DNA of 63,829 nucleotides from Myxococcota bacterium (GCA_039809465.1 JBDHVB010000002.1:1-63829), one strand, 5' to 3'; positions 37,604 through 46,879 are shown, counted from the stretch's first letter. Made by a program: numbers and translations. The notes: generated by a model not told the origin, from the letters alone.

Positions 37604-39043
37604 ATGGCGGCAGGGGAGATCATTCGGGCGTCTGACAACGTGTCAGGCGATTGGACGCAGCGTTGGCAAGGTGTGTCCGCGGCAGCGCACGATGCGTACG
37701 TCACCGTGCGCGAGAATCCGGGGACCACCGTGCTGGTCGCCGCCGGCGTTGTGGCGTTGACCGTGGCGTCGCCAGTTGTAGCCACAGTGATGGGCACCGT
37801 GGGCGCGGGCATGGCGCTGTATTCGGGCACCAAGATCGCGTGGAACGAAACACACGCCGCCATGGCTGCGACACGGGGTGATGCGGCCGCGAGAGCGGAC
37901 TACCTCAGGCGCTCTGGGCGAGAAGCGTTCAACGTCGGCATGTGGGGCGTCGGATCCGCAGCAGGACGCAGTGTTGCCGCGGTCGCCCGCCTTCGCGGTA
38001 GCCTGGCTACCGAAGCGGCCGTCGATGCCACCAAGAAAACGTCCGTGCTCCCAGCGCCGGTGACCAGCCCGCCGCCGGCTCCTGCCGTCACAATAGCTCC
38101 ACCGCCGGCTGCTCCACCGCCGCCGGCCGCCGCTGTCCCGGTGATCACGGCGCCGGCCACCGCAGAATCCACCCGTTCTATTCGCGAGAGCGCACAGTAT
38201 TTCGAAACGCTGCGTCACCGCGTCGATGCTCTACGCGCCGACGCAAACGTGCCCGACGGCCTGTTCGGTCTCCAGCGCGAGCTCAGCAACGTCCGCGCAA
38301 CCTATTCGCCCGCCAGCGGCATGAGCTTCGACACCTATCTCGACACGCGCTTGCGCGCCGCAGTCGACATCGAGCGCCGCTATTGGGATGCGATGCGCGC
38401 GGTCAGCAGCGCCTCATGGGACGGCCCACGCGCGGAGATGCCGCTCATGTTGCGCTTCGCCCGCCAGACCGAGCTGCACCGCCGCAATGTCGATACTGGT
38501 CTCGCACGGCTCACAGGTGCAGGGCGTGGTTTCCAGACACCGCACGATGTCGTCGAGCTCCGTCCAATTGATGAGATCATCGAGCTGTCACGGCAGCAGG
38601 GCGCACCCGGGTGGTTGCGGAACATCGCGGACCGCGCGCGCTCGGACGGCGTCCGCACCTACGACGTGGGCAAGCCAGACCCATACATCATGGCCGGTCT
38701 CTCCCAGCCAGGTGCCGCCGATGTTTGGGCAATTCGCATGCATCGCTTGGCGCCACACCACGCCGACACGCCGATGTCTTGGGAAGGTGCCATCGACTAC
38801 GTCAACGCGCTACGCATGCCACGCTTCTACGGATTACCGACACCGCGTCCATTCAGCGACATCTGGCAGATCGCCAACGCCGACCTGCTCGCCAACAGAA
38901 ACGGCATGGTCGCGAGCAACCTTCCGAAGATCCAGGAGGCGATGCGCGTGCACTTGGCTCTCGAGCGCGAGGGTCAGATCGTTCCCTACTTCCGCCGTCT
39001 GCCGAACGAGGTACTCCCCGACTTCATGCGAGGCTCACCATGA
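37604..39043 (+). CDS. Hypothetical protein: N-terminal Gly/Ala-rich hydrophobic segment, Pro-rich linker, roughly 300-aa C-terminal domain of unknown function
   Basis: Track ORF 37454..39043. Its first 50 codons are read through repeat copies (…KAPGAF…), so ATG 37604 (MAAGEIIRASD) is preferred. TM-like TTVLVAAGVVALTVASPVVATVMGTVGAGMALY. Linker PAPVTSPPPAPAVTIAPPPAAPPPPAAAVPVITAP. Confidence 0.65.
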   Translation: MAAGEIIRASDNVSGDWTQRWQGVSAAAHDAYVTVRENPGTTVLVAAGVVALTVASPVVATVMGTVGAGMALYSGTKIAWNETHAAMAATRGDAAARADYLRRSGREAFNVGMWGVGSAAGRSVAAVARLRGSLATEAAVDATKKTSVLPAPVTSPPPAPAVTIAPPPAAPPPPAAAVPVITAPATAESTRSIRESAQYFETLRHRVDALRADANVPDGLFGLQRELSNVRATYSPASGMSFDTYLDTRLRAAVDIERRYWDAMRAVSSASWDGPRAEMPLMLRFARQTELHRRNVDTGLARLTGAGRGFQTPHDVVELRPIDEIIELSRQQGAPGWLRNIADRARSDGVRTYDVGKPDPYIMAGLSQPGAADVWAIRMHRLAPHHADTPMSWEGAIDYVNALRMPRFYGLPTPRPFSDIWQIANADLLANRNGMVASNLPKIQEAMRVHLALEREGQIVPYFRRLPNEVLPDFMRGSP

Positions 39044-39276
39044 GCTTCCAGATCGGCGATAACGTCCGTTTCACGCTCGACTACCGCCTGGACCTCCCCC
39101 CGGAGCACGAGGGCGTCACACACGTCCCCATGGGTACGCGCGGTCGCATCGTTTTCGCGGACGAGAGCCTCGTGATGGTCGAGCTCGCCACGACCCACGA
39201 GCGCGTCCCCGTTTGGGAACGCGGAGCGTTCTCACAGCGCTCCGCAACCACCGAGGTGCTCACCGTGGATCGCTAG
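39040..39276 (+). CDS. Small hypothetical protein (78 aa) translationally coupled to the upstream gene
   Basis: Residues 144-221 of track ORF 38611..39276: MSFQIGDNVRFTLDYRLDLPPEHEGVTHVPMGTRGRIVFADESLVMVELATTHERVPVWERGAF.... The ATG overlaps the upstream TGA (ATGA). Confidence 0.55.
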   Translation: MSFQIGDNVRFTLDYRLDLPPEHEGVTHVPMGTRGRIVFADESLVMVELATTHERVPVWERGAFSQRSATTEVLTVDR

Positions 39277-39378
39277 CGTCGCGACTCGGCCCAGCGAAGG
39301 ATCTTCCGCGTGATGCAAAGGCGCGAGGCAGGCCCGGGGGGCGCTGCTAAAAACCGTCAAGGGCAGCACGTCGCGGCA

Positions 39379-40148
<770 letters not shown>

Positions 40149-40152
<4 letters not shown>

Positions 40153-41339
40153 GCCTTCCCCAGCAACGCGTCGATGCCCGGCAACGTCCCCAGCTCGAGA
40201 AGCTCGAGCGACGCGCCACCGCCCGTCGAGATGTGCTTGATGCGCGACTCGACGCCGGCCTTCTCGATGGCGGCGACCGAGTCACCCCCGCCGACGACCG
40301 TGTACGCATTCGGTGCCGCCACCGCTTCCGCGATAGCGTTCGTGCCCTTGGCGAACTTCTCCCACTCGAAGACACCCATGGGCCCGTTCCAGAACACCGT
40401 CTTCGCTTCTTCGATGACGTCGGTGTACAGCTTGCGCGTCTCGGGTCCGATGTCGAGGCCCATCTTGCCTTCCGGAATGTCCTCGTCGGTCACGATGGTC
40501 GCCGTCGCGTCCTCATCGAACACGTCCGAGCAGACATGATCGACTGGCAGAAGGACGCGCACGTCGCGGTCCTTGGCGCGCTTCATCACCTCGGTCGCGT
40601 CGCGCAGCTTGTCGCCCTCCCACTTCGACGAGCCGACCTCGACCCCGCGCGCCTTCAGGAAGGTGTACGCCATAGCGCCACCAATGCAGAGGACGTCGAC
40701 ACGCTGAATGAGCGCCTTCAAGACACCCAGCTTGTCCGCCACCTTCGCACCGCCAACGACCGCAACGAACGGCCTCTCCGCGCCTTCCAGCATCTTCCCG
40801 AGCGCCTTCACTTCAGCCTCGAGCAGGAAGCCCGCGCACTTCTGCTTTACGAAGTGCGTCATCCCGACGATCGACGCATGCGCGCGGTGCGAGGCGCCGA
40901 ACGCATCATTCACGTAGACGTCGAACGGCGCCGCGAGCTTCTTGGAAAACTCGGTGTCGTTCGCCTCTTCCTCGGCGTGGAAGCGCAGGTTCTCGAGCAA
41001 GATGACGCTGCCCGGACGCGCTTCACGCACGAGGCCCATCACGCCATCACCGATGCAGTCTTCGGCAAAGGCGACGTCCTTGCCGAGGAGCTCACTCAGA
41101 CGATCTGCGACCAGCTCGAGCGAGAACTCCTTGTTGCGCTTTCCCTTCGGGCGGCCAAAGTGCGAGGCCAGCACCAGCTTCGCACCCGCGTCCAGCGCGT
41201 ACTTGATGGTGGGCAGCGCCGCGCGGATGCGTGCGTCACTGGTGATCTTCCCGTTCTCGACCGGAACGTTGAAGTCGACGCGCATGAAGACCGCGCGGCC
41301 TTCGAGCTGAACGTCGCGGATCGACGGCAGAGCTTTCAT
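40149..41339 (-). CDS. pgk: Phosphoglycerate kinase
   Basis: Residues 63-458 of track ORF 40149..41525: MKALPSIRDVQLEGRAVFMRVDFNVP..., ASHFGRPKG, FWNGPMGVFE, GGGDS. The ATG overlaps the upstream ALDH stop (ATGA). 4-nt overlap with tpiA. Confidence 0.95.
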
Positions 41340-42856
41340 AGGAACTGAATCCCCTGGGCAAGCGGCAACGCCGTCGACCAGTTCACGGTTTGCGTTTGAC
41401 GGCGCATGTACGCCTTCCAGGAGTCGGAGCCGGCTTCGCGTCCACCGCCGGTGTGCTTCTCGCCGCCAAAGGCGCCGCCGATCTCCGCCCCACTGGTTCC
41501 AACGTTGACGTTCGCGATGCCGCAATCACTGCCCATCGCCGACACCCAGCGCTCTGCGTTGCGCATCGACTCGGTGAAGATCGAGCTCGACAGCCCCTGC
41601 GGCACGTCGTTGTTGATGCGGATCGCGTCTTCGAGCGAGTCCACGGTCATCACGTACAAGATCGGCGCGAAGGTCTCTTCGCGAACGATGGCCATCTCGG
41701 CCTTGGCCCGCACGATAGCCGGCTCGACATAGAAACCACCCGGGTACTTCTCGCCGGTGAGCCGCTTGCCGCCACGCAGGAGCTCGCCGCCTTGGGCCTT
41801 CGCCTGCTCGAGAGCGCGGGTATAGCTCGCGACCGCGTCGGCATCGATGAGCGGGCCCATCAAAGTGCCTTCCTCGAGCGGATTGCCAATCTTTACCTGG
41901 TCATACGCCTTCACGAGCTTGTCGACGAAACCACCGGCGATGTTCTTGTGGACGAGCAGCCGGCGGGTCGAGGTGCAGCGCTGACCAGCCGTGCCGACCG
42001 CGCCAAAGAGCACTGCGCGCAGCGCGAGCTCTTGGTTGGCGTCGTCCATGACCACCAGGGCGTTGTTGCCCCCGAGCTCCAAGAGCGAGCGGCCGAAGCG
42101 CTTGGCGACGACCTGACCGACATGCTGCCCCATGCGGGTCGAGCCGGTGGCCGAGATGAGCGGGACGCGCTCGTCGTTGATGAGCTTCTCGCCGATGGTC
42201 TCGTTGGCGCCGATGATGAGCGACATCACCCCCTGCATTCCGTGCTTGGCGAGGACATCGTCCATGATCTTCTGGGTGGCGATGGCGCAGAGCGGCGTCT
42301 TGAACGACGGCTTCCAGATCATCACATCGCCACACACAGCCGCGAGGAACGCGTTCCACGACCAGACGGCGACCGGAAAGTTGAAGGCGCTGATAATGCC
42401 GACGCAACCCAGCGGGTGCCATTGCTCGGTGAGACGGTGCAGCGGGCGCTCGCTCGCGATCACCTGACCATAGATTTGACGCGACAAACCGACCGCGAAG
42501 TCGGCGATGTCGATCATCTCTTGGACCTCACCCTCACCCTCGGCACGAATCTTCCCCATCTCGAGGGAGACGAGTGCACCGAGTGCTTTCTTTTTTGCGC
42601 GCAGAGCGTTGCCCATCTCGCGAACGATCTCGCCGCGCTGGGGGGCGGGCATGGCGCGCCACTTCTCGAAAACACCCAGTGTTTTCTTCATGACGACTTC
42701 GTAATCTTCGACCGTCGCCATCTTCACGCGACCGATCTTCGAACCATCTCCCGGGGCGAAGCTGTCCAGCCATTCGCCGTGGGTTTCGATTGGGCTGCCC
42801 GCCGAGGCGCCAAAGCTGTCGGCGCCGAGGCCGAGCTCGTTCAAGATTTCGCGCAT
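41336..42856 (-). CDS. Aldehyde dehydrogenase, ALDH7 / piperideine-6-carboxylate (aminoadipate-semialdehyde) dehydrogenase-like
   Basis: Residues 62-567 of track ORF 41336..43039: MREILNELGLG.... Family-typical GEGEVQEMIDIADFAVGLSRQIYG, ISAFNFPVAVWSWN, LELGGNNA, catalytic GTAGQRCTSTRR. Confidence 0.85.
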   Translation of the reverse strand: MREILNELGLGADSFGASAGSPIETHGEWLDSFAPGDGSKIGRVKMATVEDYEVVMKKTLGVFEKWRAMPAPQRGEIVREMGNALRAKKKALGALVSLEMGKIRAEGEGEVQEMIDIADFAVGLSRQIYGQVIASERPLHRLTEQWHPLGCVGIISAFNFPVAVWSWNAFLAAVCGDVMIWKPSFKTPLCAIATQKIMDDVLAKHGMQGVMSLIIGANETIGEKLINDERVPLISATGSTRMGQHVGQVVAKRFGRSLLELGGNNALVVMDDANQELALRAVLFGAVGTAGQRCTSTRRLLVHKNIAGGFVDKLVKAYDQVKIGNPLEEGTLMGPLIDADAVASYTRALEQAKAQGGELLRGGKRLTGEKYPGGFYVEPAIVRAKAEMAIVREETFAPILYVMTVDSLEDAIRINNDVPQGLSSSIFTESMRNAERWVSAMGSDCGIANVNVGTSGAEIGGAFGGEKHTGGGREAGSDSWKAYMRRQTQTVNWSTALPLAQGIQFL

Positions 42857-42947
42857 GTTTTCAATCCTCGAAGGCCGGCAATAACGCCGGAAGGGCGGCA
42901 CAGTGCAGTCGCTGGTGCGCGAGGTCAAGGTATGGTGATTAACCAGA

Positions 42948-45149
42948 ATGCATCCTCGCGCCGCCCTCCTCCTCTTGCTCGCCACCGCGTGCAGCAAGCC
43001 GCCCGAGCTGACTGACATTGGCCCCCGGCTCATCAGCAATCAAACGAGTCAACCCCTGGCCCTCGTTGGGAAAAACTTCCGCGACGGAATGGAGCTCGAG
43101 CTCGGCGCCCCGATTTCAAGAAAGCACCCGGTGCATACCGTGGATGGGACGCATGCGTATGTGAGGTTGCCGGCGGACCTGGTTTTGCCGGCGGGGACGG
43201 ATGCGCAGGCTGTCAGTGTGGCGCTGGTGGGGGGGAAGCAGGGGGCGCAGCCGTTGCGGTTGCGGGTGGTGAACGACGCGGCGTTTCCGGATTTGATGGC
43301 GATGGTCGTTGGGGATGGGGCGGTGTTCGCGGCGTCGGGGACCACGGATACGCTTTATCGCTACGATGTCGCGAGCGGGGCGGTCGAGGCGTTGCCGGGT
43401 GGTGATGGGCCGAGCGCGCTGGCCGTGTACGCGGAAGCGGACGGCAAGAAGCGGCTCGTAGTCGCGCATCAGTTCGAGCCCAAGGTCTGGATTTGCGATG
43501 GGGGCACCGGCCAGAAGCTCGGCGAGCTCGACGCGCCAGCCTACGCGAGCGCCATCACCGTCGATGGAGACAGCATCATCATCGCCGAGCAAGCCCTCGA
43601 CACTGTCCGCAAAATCGGACTGAAGGATGGCAAGCAGCGTTGGCTCACCAGCGTCGATCCGAATCCCAAAGGCCTCGCCCTCACCAGCAGCTCGGTCGCG
43701 GTCGGCAGTCTGCTCACCGGGCGTATCGAGCGTCTCGATCGCGAGACAGGCAAGCTCACATCCATCATCACGCCCGACACCGAGACGCGCATCGTAGGCG
43801 GCCACACCGAGCCCTACGGCAAATTCATCATGGGCGGTAAAGCCCAACGCGATCTCCTCTGGCTCGCCAAAGCGGACAAGATCCTGTCGGCAAACATCGG
43901 ACCCAACATCGGACCCAATCCCGACAAGATGGAAGTCAGCATGAACGGCGGCGTGAGCGTCGTCGATCTCGCGAGCGACCGGGTCACCTCGCACCTGGGC
44001 TTCGGCTATGGCGTCCCCCAGGGTCTCGCGGTGGATGAAGAGGCAGGCCGCGTCTACGTCGCCGATGTCGCGACTGGGCTCGTGCGCGTGGTGGAGCTGG
44101 CAAAGCTCCTCACCGGCGACAAGGCCGCCGTCAGCTCCCTCCCCGTCCCACCCCGCAAGGACTTTCCGCTCACCCGCGCCGCGGCGGACTTCGGCGTGAA
44201 TCAACGCTCGGGCATCGAGCTGCACTCCGGGCCGCAGGCGCTCGCGCTCTCGCCCGACAAGCAGACACTCTACGTGCTCAACCGCTTTAGCGGAACACTC
44301 GCCATCGTCGACGTCACCAAGGCGCCGCAGACCCTCATCACCAAGCAGGTCGCGCTCGTCAACACGCTCAATCAGCGCGAGAAGCGCTTGGGGCAGATTC
44401 TCTTCTTCACCGATCTCGGCCGCACTGGCATGTCGTGCGAGGCGTGTCATGTCGAAGGTCACGGCGATAGCGTCCTCTTCGAGAAGACCACGCCGCTGCG
44501 CATCTATCGTGTGCCGACGATCCGCGGCGTCGCGGAGACTCCGCCATACTTCGTCCCAGCCAGCACCTTCAGCATCCCCGAGACCAACCGCAAAGTCGGC
44601 GACCGCAACCGCTTCCAGAATCCGAATCAAACGAACGACGAAGTCACCTGGCTCACGATCTTTGCTTCGGAGCTCGCGACGCTCCCCAATCCGTTCGTGG
44701 GCGCGGACGGGGCACCGCCTGCCGAGCTCACGCTACCCGATGGCGCCAAGGGTTCTCCGCTTCGGGGCATGAAGCTCTTCGAGGGCAAGGCCGACTGCGC
44801 GTCATGTCACCCCGCGCCCTACTTCACGACCGACCAGGTCGCGGCGACCCGCAATCGCTTCATCGAGGTCGGCACACCGCATCGCATGCCGCTGCGTGAA
44901 GAGATGCAGAGTGAGTACTTCACTGGCTTCCCAGCCCCGGCGCTCATCGGTGCCTGGGACGTATGGCCAATGCTCAACACCGGTCTCGGGGGCTTCGATG
45001 TCGCCGCTGACAAGGACGGCCTCGATGTTCGCGATCGTTTTGCTCTGCGTGCGGTCATCGAGCGCTACAGCAAGCCCCCCCACGGCAAGGCCGATACGCT
45101 GACGCCGAGTGAAATCAACGACTTGCTGGCGTATCTGCTGACTCTCTAG
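42948..45149 (+). CDS. Lipoprotein: IPT/TIG-like domain, YVTN-type beta-propeller, C-terminal di-haem cytochrome c peroxidase (CCP/MauG)-like domain
   Basis: 733 aa. Signal peptide and lipobox MHPRAALLLLLATAC. Propeller-like repeats (GPSALAV..., PKGLALTSS..., PQGLAVDEEAGRVYVAD, PQALALSPDKQTLYVLN). Two CxxCH haem motifs: CEACHVEGHG and CASCHPAPYF. Confidence 0.85.
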   Translation: MHPRAALLLLLATACSKPPELTDIGPRLISNQTSQPLALVGKNFRDGMELELGAPISRKHPVHTVDGTHAYVRLPADLVLPAGTDAQAVSVALVGGKQGAQPLRLRVVNDAAFPDLMAMVVGDGAVFAASGTTDTLYRYDVASGAVEALPGGDGPSALAVYAEADGKKRLVVAHQFEPKVWICDGGTGQKLGELDAPAYASAITVDGDSIIIAEQALDTVRKIGLKDGKQRWLTSVDPNPKGLALTSSSVAVGSLLTGRIERLDRETGKLTSIITPDTETRIVGGHTEPYGKFIMGGKAQRDLLWLAKADKILSANIGPNIGPNPDKMEVSMNGGVSVVDLASDRVTSHLGFGYGVPQGLAVDEEAGRVYVADVATGLVRVVELAKLLTGDKAAVSSLPVPPRKDFPLTRAAADFGVNQRSGIELHSGPQALALSPDKQTLYVLNRFSGTLAIVDVTKAPQTLITKQVALVNTLNQREKRLGQILFFTDLGRTGMSCEACHVEGHGDSVLFEKTTPLRIYRVPTIRGVAETPPYFVPASTFSIPETNRKVGDRNRFQNPNQTNDEVTWLTIFASELATLPNPFVGADGAPPAELTLPDGAKGSPLRGMKLFEGKADCASCHPAPYFTTDQVAATRNRFIEVGTPHRMPLREEMQSEYFTGFPAPALIGAWDVWPMLNTGLGGFDVAADKDGLDVRDRFALRAVIERYSKPPHGKADTLTPSEINDLLAYLLTL
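43116..43143 (-). repeat. Copy of the 24-nt repeat family lying in-frame inside CDS 42948..45149
   Basis: TCAAGAAAGCACCCGGTGCATACCGTGG. About 23 of 27 positions match the reverse-orientation consensus CCAAGAAACCACCCGGTGCATTCTTGG. It is translated as SRKHPVHTV within the IPT-like domain. Confidence 0.7.
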
Positions 45150-45157
45150 CGCCTCCA

Positions 45158-45427
45158 GGACAGCACCGGGTGGTTTCTAGAGCCGGGGGCGCGCGCACAA
45201 GACCGCACCGGGGTCCGTTTCTAGAGTGGGTGCACGAGCGAAGAATGCACCGGGTGGTTTCTGGAGCGGGCGCGCGAGCGAAGAATGCACCGGGTGGTTT
45301 CTGGAGCGGACGCGCGAGCGAAGAATGCACCGGGTGGTTTCTGGAGCGGACGCGCGAGCGAAGAATGCACCGGGTGGTTTCTGGAGCGGACGCGCGAGCG
45401 AAGAATGCACCGGGTGGTTTCTGGGGG
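45158..45427 (+). repeat. Tandem array of 7 units of the 24-nt repeat family with a 40-bp period (minisatellite), forward orientation
   Basis: Units start at 45158 and 45199 (both degenerate) and at 45241, 45281, 45321, 45361 and 45401. The units at 45281, 45321 and 45361 are identical 40-mers: AAGAATGCACCGGGTGGTTTCTGGAGCGGACGCGCGAGCG. The unit at 45241 differs by one base. Confidence 0.95.
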
Positions 45428-45446
45428 GGCGGTCGTGACATGAGCG

Positions 45447-46451
45447 TTGGGTATGTTCCTGGTGCTTCCGAAGGGGCAGTCGCTGCGGGCGGTTGCCGAG
45501 CGGTTGGGTGTGGCGGTCGAAGAGCTGCAGAAGCACACGGCCGTCAAAGACGTGGACGCGCCGGCGGTGGTCGAGCAGCGGGTCGAGGTTCCTGACGGGT
45601 TCTTGCGGAGCAAGCGCGAGAAGGCCGAGCTCACCGATGCGATGTCGTCGCCGTCTGGGAAGCGCGGCGGCATGAATATGTGGCTCGCGCTCGACATCGA
45701 GCAGAAGCGCACGCGCGCCGCGGGGGGGATGAAAGCCGGCAAGCAGCGCGACAGTGAGGCCGAGGCGCTGGCTGAAGCGCGCACCGCGTATCTGCGGTTC
45801 GAGGCCGCGAGCAATGACCTCGCGGCTGACCTCTATCAGCAGCTCACCTCGACGGTCTCGACCGATGTTCGCGCCCGTGCCTTCGCGGGTCTCGGCTGCG
45901 CGCAGGCTCAGAGAGCGCTCATCTTCGGCGACCTCAACGAACGCAATCGCGTCGTCGCCCTCAGCAGCGCGAAGGCCGCGCAGCTCGCGGATCCCAAGCT
46001 CCCCGAGTCGCACCTCGCCATGGCCCTCGCCCTGCAGATCAACGGCACCCCGGCCGACTTCGCGGAAGCGCGCGCCGAGCTCATCCGCGCAGTCGAGCTC
46101 GATCCCAAGGCGCACCTTTGTATCGCCGAGCGCGGCCGTCTCGAGTGGCGGGCCCAGGACATCGCGGCCGCTCAGGAAGCCGTGACAGCCGCCCTCGACC
46201 TCGACCCCGACTCACCGTTCGCTCTCGAGCTAGACGCCCACATCCGCCTACAGCGCGGTGATCGGGATGGCGCCCGCGGCCAACTCCAACGCGCCATCTC
46301 GGTGTTGCCCACCTATGCTGACAGCATCGCCCTCTTGGCGACCCTCGAACAGGGTCCTGAGCGCACGAAGCTCATCGCCGATGCCCGCGCTCAGGCCACT
46401 TCCGAGGATCATTTAAAGCGCTTGAACAGCACGATCCTGCGTGAGGAGTGA
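45447..46451 (+). CDS. LysM-like plus TPR-repeat protein
   Basis: 334 aa. The N-terminus LVLPKGQSLRAVAERLGVAVEELQKHTAV...VEQRVEVP resembles LysM. The C-terminal half shows TPR-like helices (…ALDLDPDSPFALELDAHIRLQRGDRDGARGQLQRAISVLP). Confidence 0.75.
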   Translation: MGMFLVLPKGQSLRAVAERLGVAVEELQKHTAVKDVDAPAVVEQRVEVPDGFLRSKREKAELTDAMSSPSGKRGGMNMWLALDIEQKRTRAAGGMKAGKQRDSEAEALAEARTAYLRFEAASNDLAADLYQQLTSTVSTDVRARAFAGLGCAQAQRALIFGDLNERNRVVALSSAKAAQLADPKLPESHLAMALALQINGTPADFAEARAELIRAVELDPKAHLCIAERGRLEWRAQDIAAAQEAVTAALDLDPDSPFALELDAHIRLQRGDRDGARGQLQRAISVLPTYADSIALLATLEQGPERTKLIADARAQATSEDHLKRLNSTILREE

Positions 46452-46493
46452 AAACCCCACAGCCAAGTGTGTGGTGAACACCCCACGATCAAA

Positions 46494-46515
46494 TGTGTTG
46501 ACTTTTGTCAACACA
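46494..46515. promoter_or_regulatory. Perfect palindrome TGTGTTGAC-TTTT-GTCAACACA in the AT-rich leader (candidate operator or activator site)
   Basis: Read directly: 9-bp arms with a 4-nt spacer. It is flanked by the imperfect inverted pair CACCCCACGATCA (46479-46491) and TGATCGTGGTGTGG (46629-46642). Confidence 0.45.
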
Positions 46516-46520
46516 CCAAA

Positions 46521-46622
46521 GATAACTACCTGATTAGTAAAAACATTTCACGCCAGCGCATTTTTGAGGCATTTGCTCCACACTACTCCACCCCTCACAA
46601 TAACTAGCTGATTTTACTAAGC
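46521..46622 (+). repeat. Two direct repeats ATAACTAsCTGATT..TA..AA.C, 78 nt apart, in the AT-rich leader
   Basis: GATAACTACCTGATTAGTAAAAAC (46521-46544) and AATAACTAGCTGATTTTACTAAGC (46599-46622). Confidence 0.5.
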
Positions 46623-46778
46623 TATCATTGATCGTGGTGTGGATCCCACGGCCATCCCGGCAATCTCCAAAGCAGAAAAACACCATAACATTCAACCACT
46701 TAGACCAATCTCATAGGTCCAAGCGGCAAGCGATGCTCCCACACGCACATACGATCAGCTGCGGTCTCGATCCCCCAT

Positions 46779-46804
46779 CAAGAATGCACCGGGTGGTTTC
46801 TGGG
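46779..46804 (+). repeat. Single copy of the 24-nt repeat family
   Basis: CAAGAATGCACCGGGTGGTTTCTGGG, a perfect match to the core of the 45.2-kb array. Confidence 0.9.
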
Positions 46805-46862
46805 AGTGCCACACTTGCGGTAAGTGCTTGATCTCACAACAGCGATCATGGTTCACGAAGAC

Positions 46863-46879
46863 TTGGCACAACACTAGCT
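46863..46879 (+). promoter_or_regulatory. Candidate sigma-54 (-24/-12) promoter for the 46949-60344 operon
   Basis: TTGGCACAACACTAGCT compared with the consensus TGGCACG-N4-TTGCW. GG (46865-66) and GC (46877-78) are separated by exactly 10 nt, with one mismatch in the -12 box. It lies about 70 nt upstream of the ATG at 46949, which has a GAAGGAGA SD. Confidence 0.5.

Noticed and set aside
38600-38620. GCACCCGGGTGGTTGCGG inside CDS 37604..39043, which resembles the repeat core
   Set aside because: The match requires an indel and covers only the GC-rich core, with no flanking AAGAAT/TTCTGG consensus. It is likely a chance match in high-GC coding DNA, unlike the 43116 copy.
41336-42856. ALDH upstream of pgk-tpiA as a non-phosphorylating GAPDH (GapN)
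   Set aside because: The sequence carries the ALDH7/antiquitin-type signature (EVQEMIDI.DFAVGLSRQ.YG, AFNFPVAVWSWN). I therefore call it an ALDH7-like enzyme and note the unusual operon position only as a low-interest finding.
45158-45427. Regularly spaced repeats here, and at 30573-30794 and 18555-18645, that could be mistaken for CRISPR arrays
   Set aside because: The 'spacers' are only 7-16 nt and are identical or near-identical between units, so each unit is a whole tandem duplicate. There is no leader or cas genes. These are tandem arrays of a dispersed REP-like element.
46497-46531. Sigma-70-like promoter (TTGACT - 17 nt - GATAAC) overlapping the palindrome in the AT-rich leader
   Set aside because: The -10 element matches only 4 of 6 positions, and such hexamers arise easily in AT-rich DNA. 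The downstream -24/-12 element is a much better match and is better positioned relative to the operon start.
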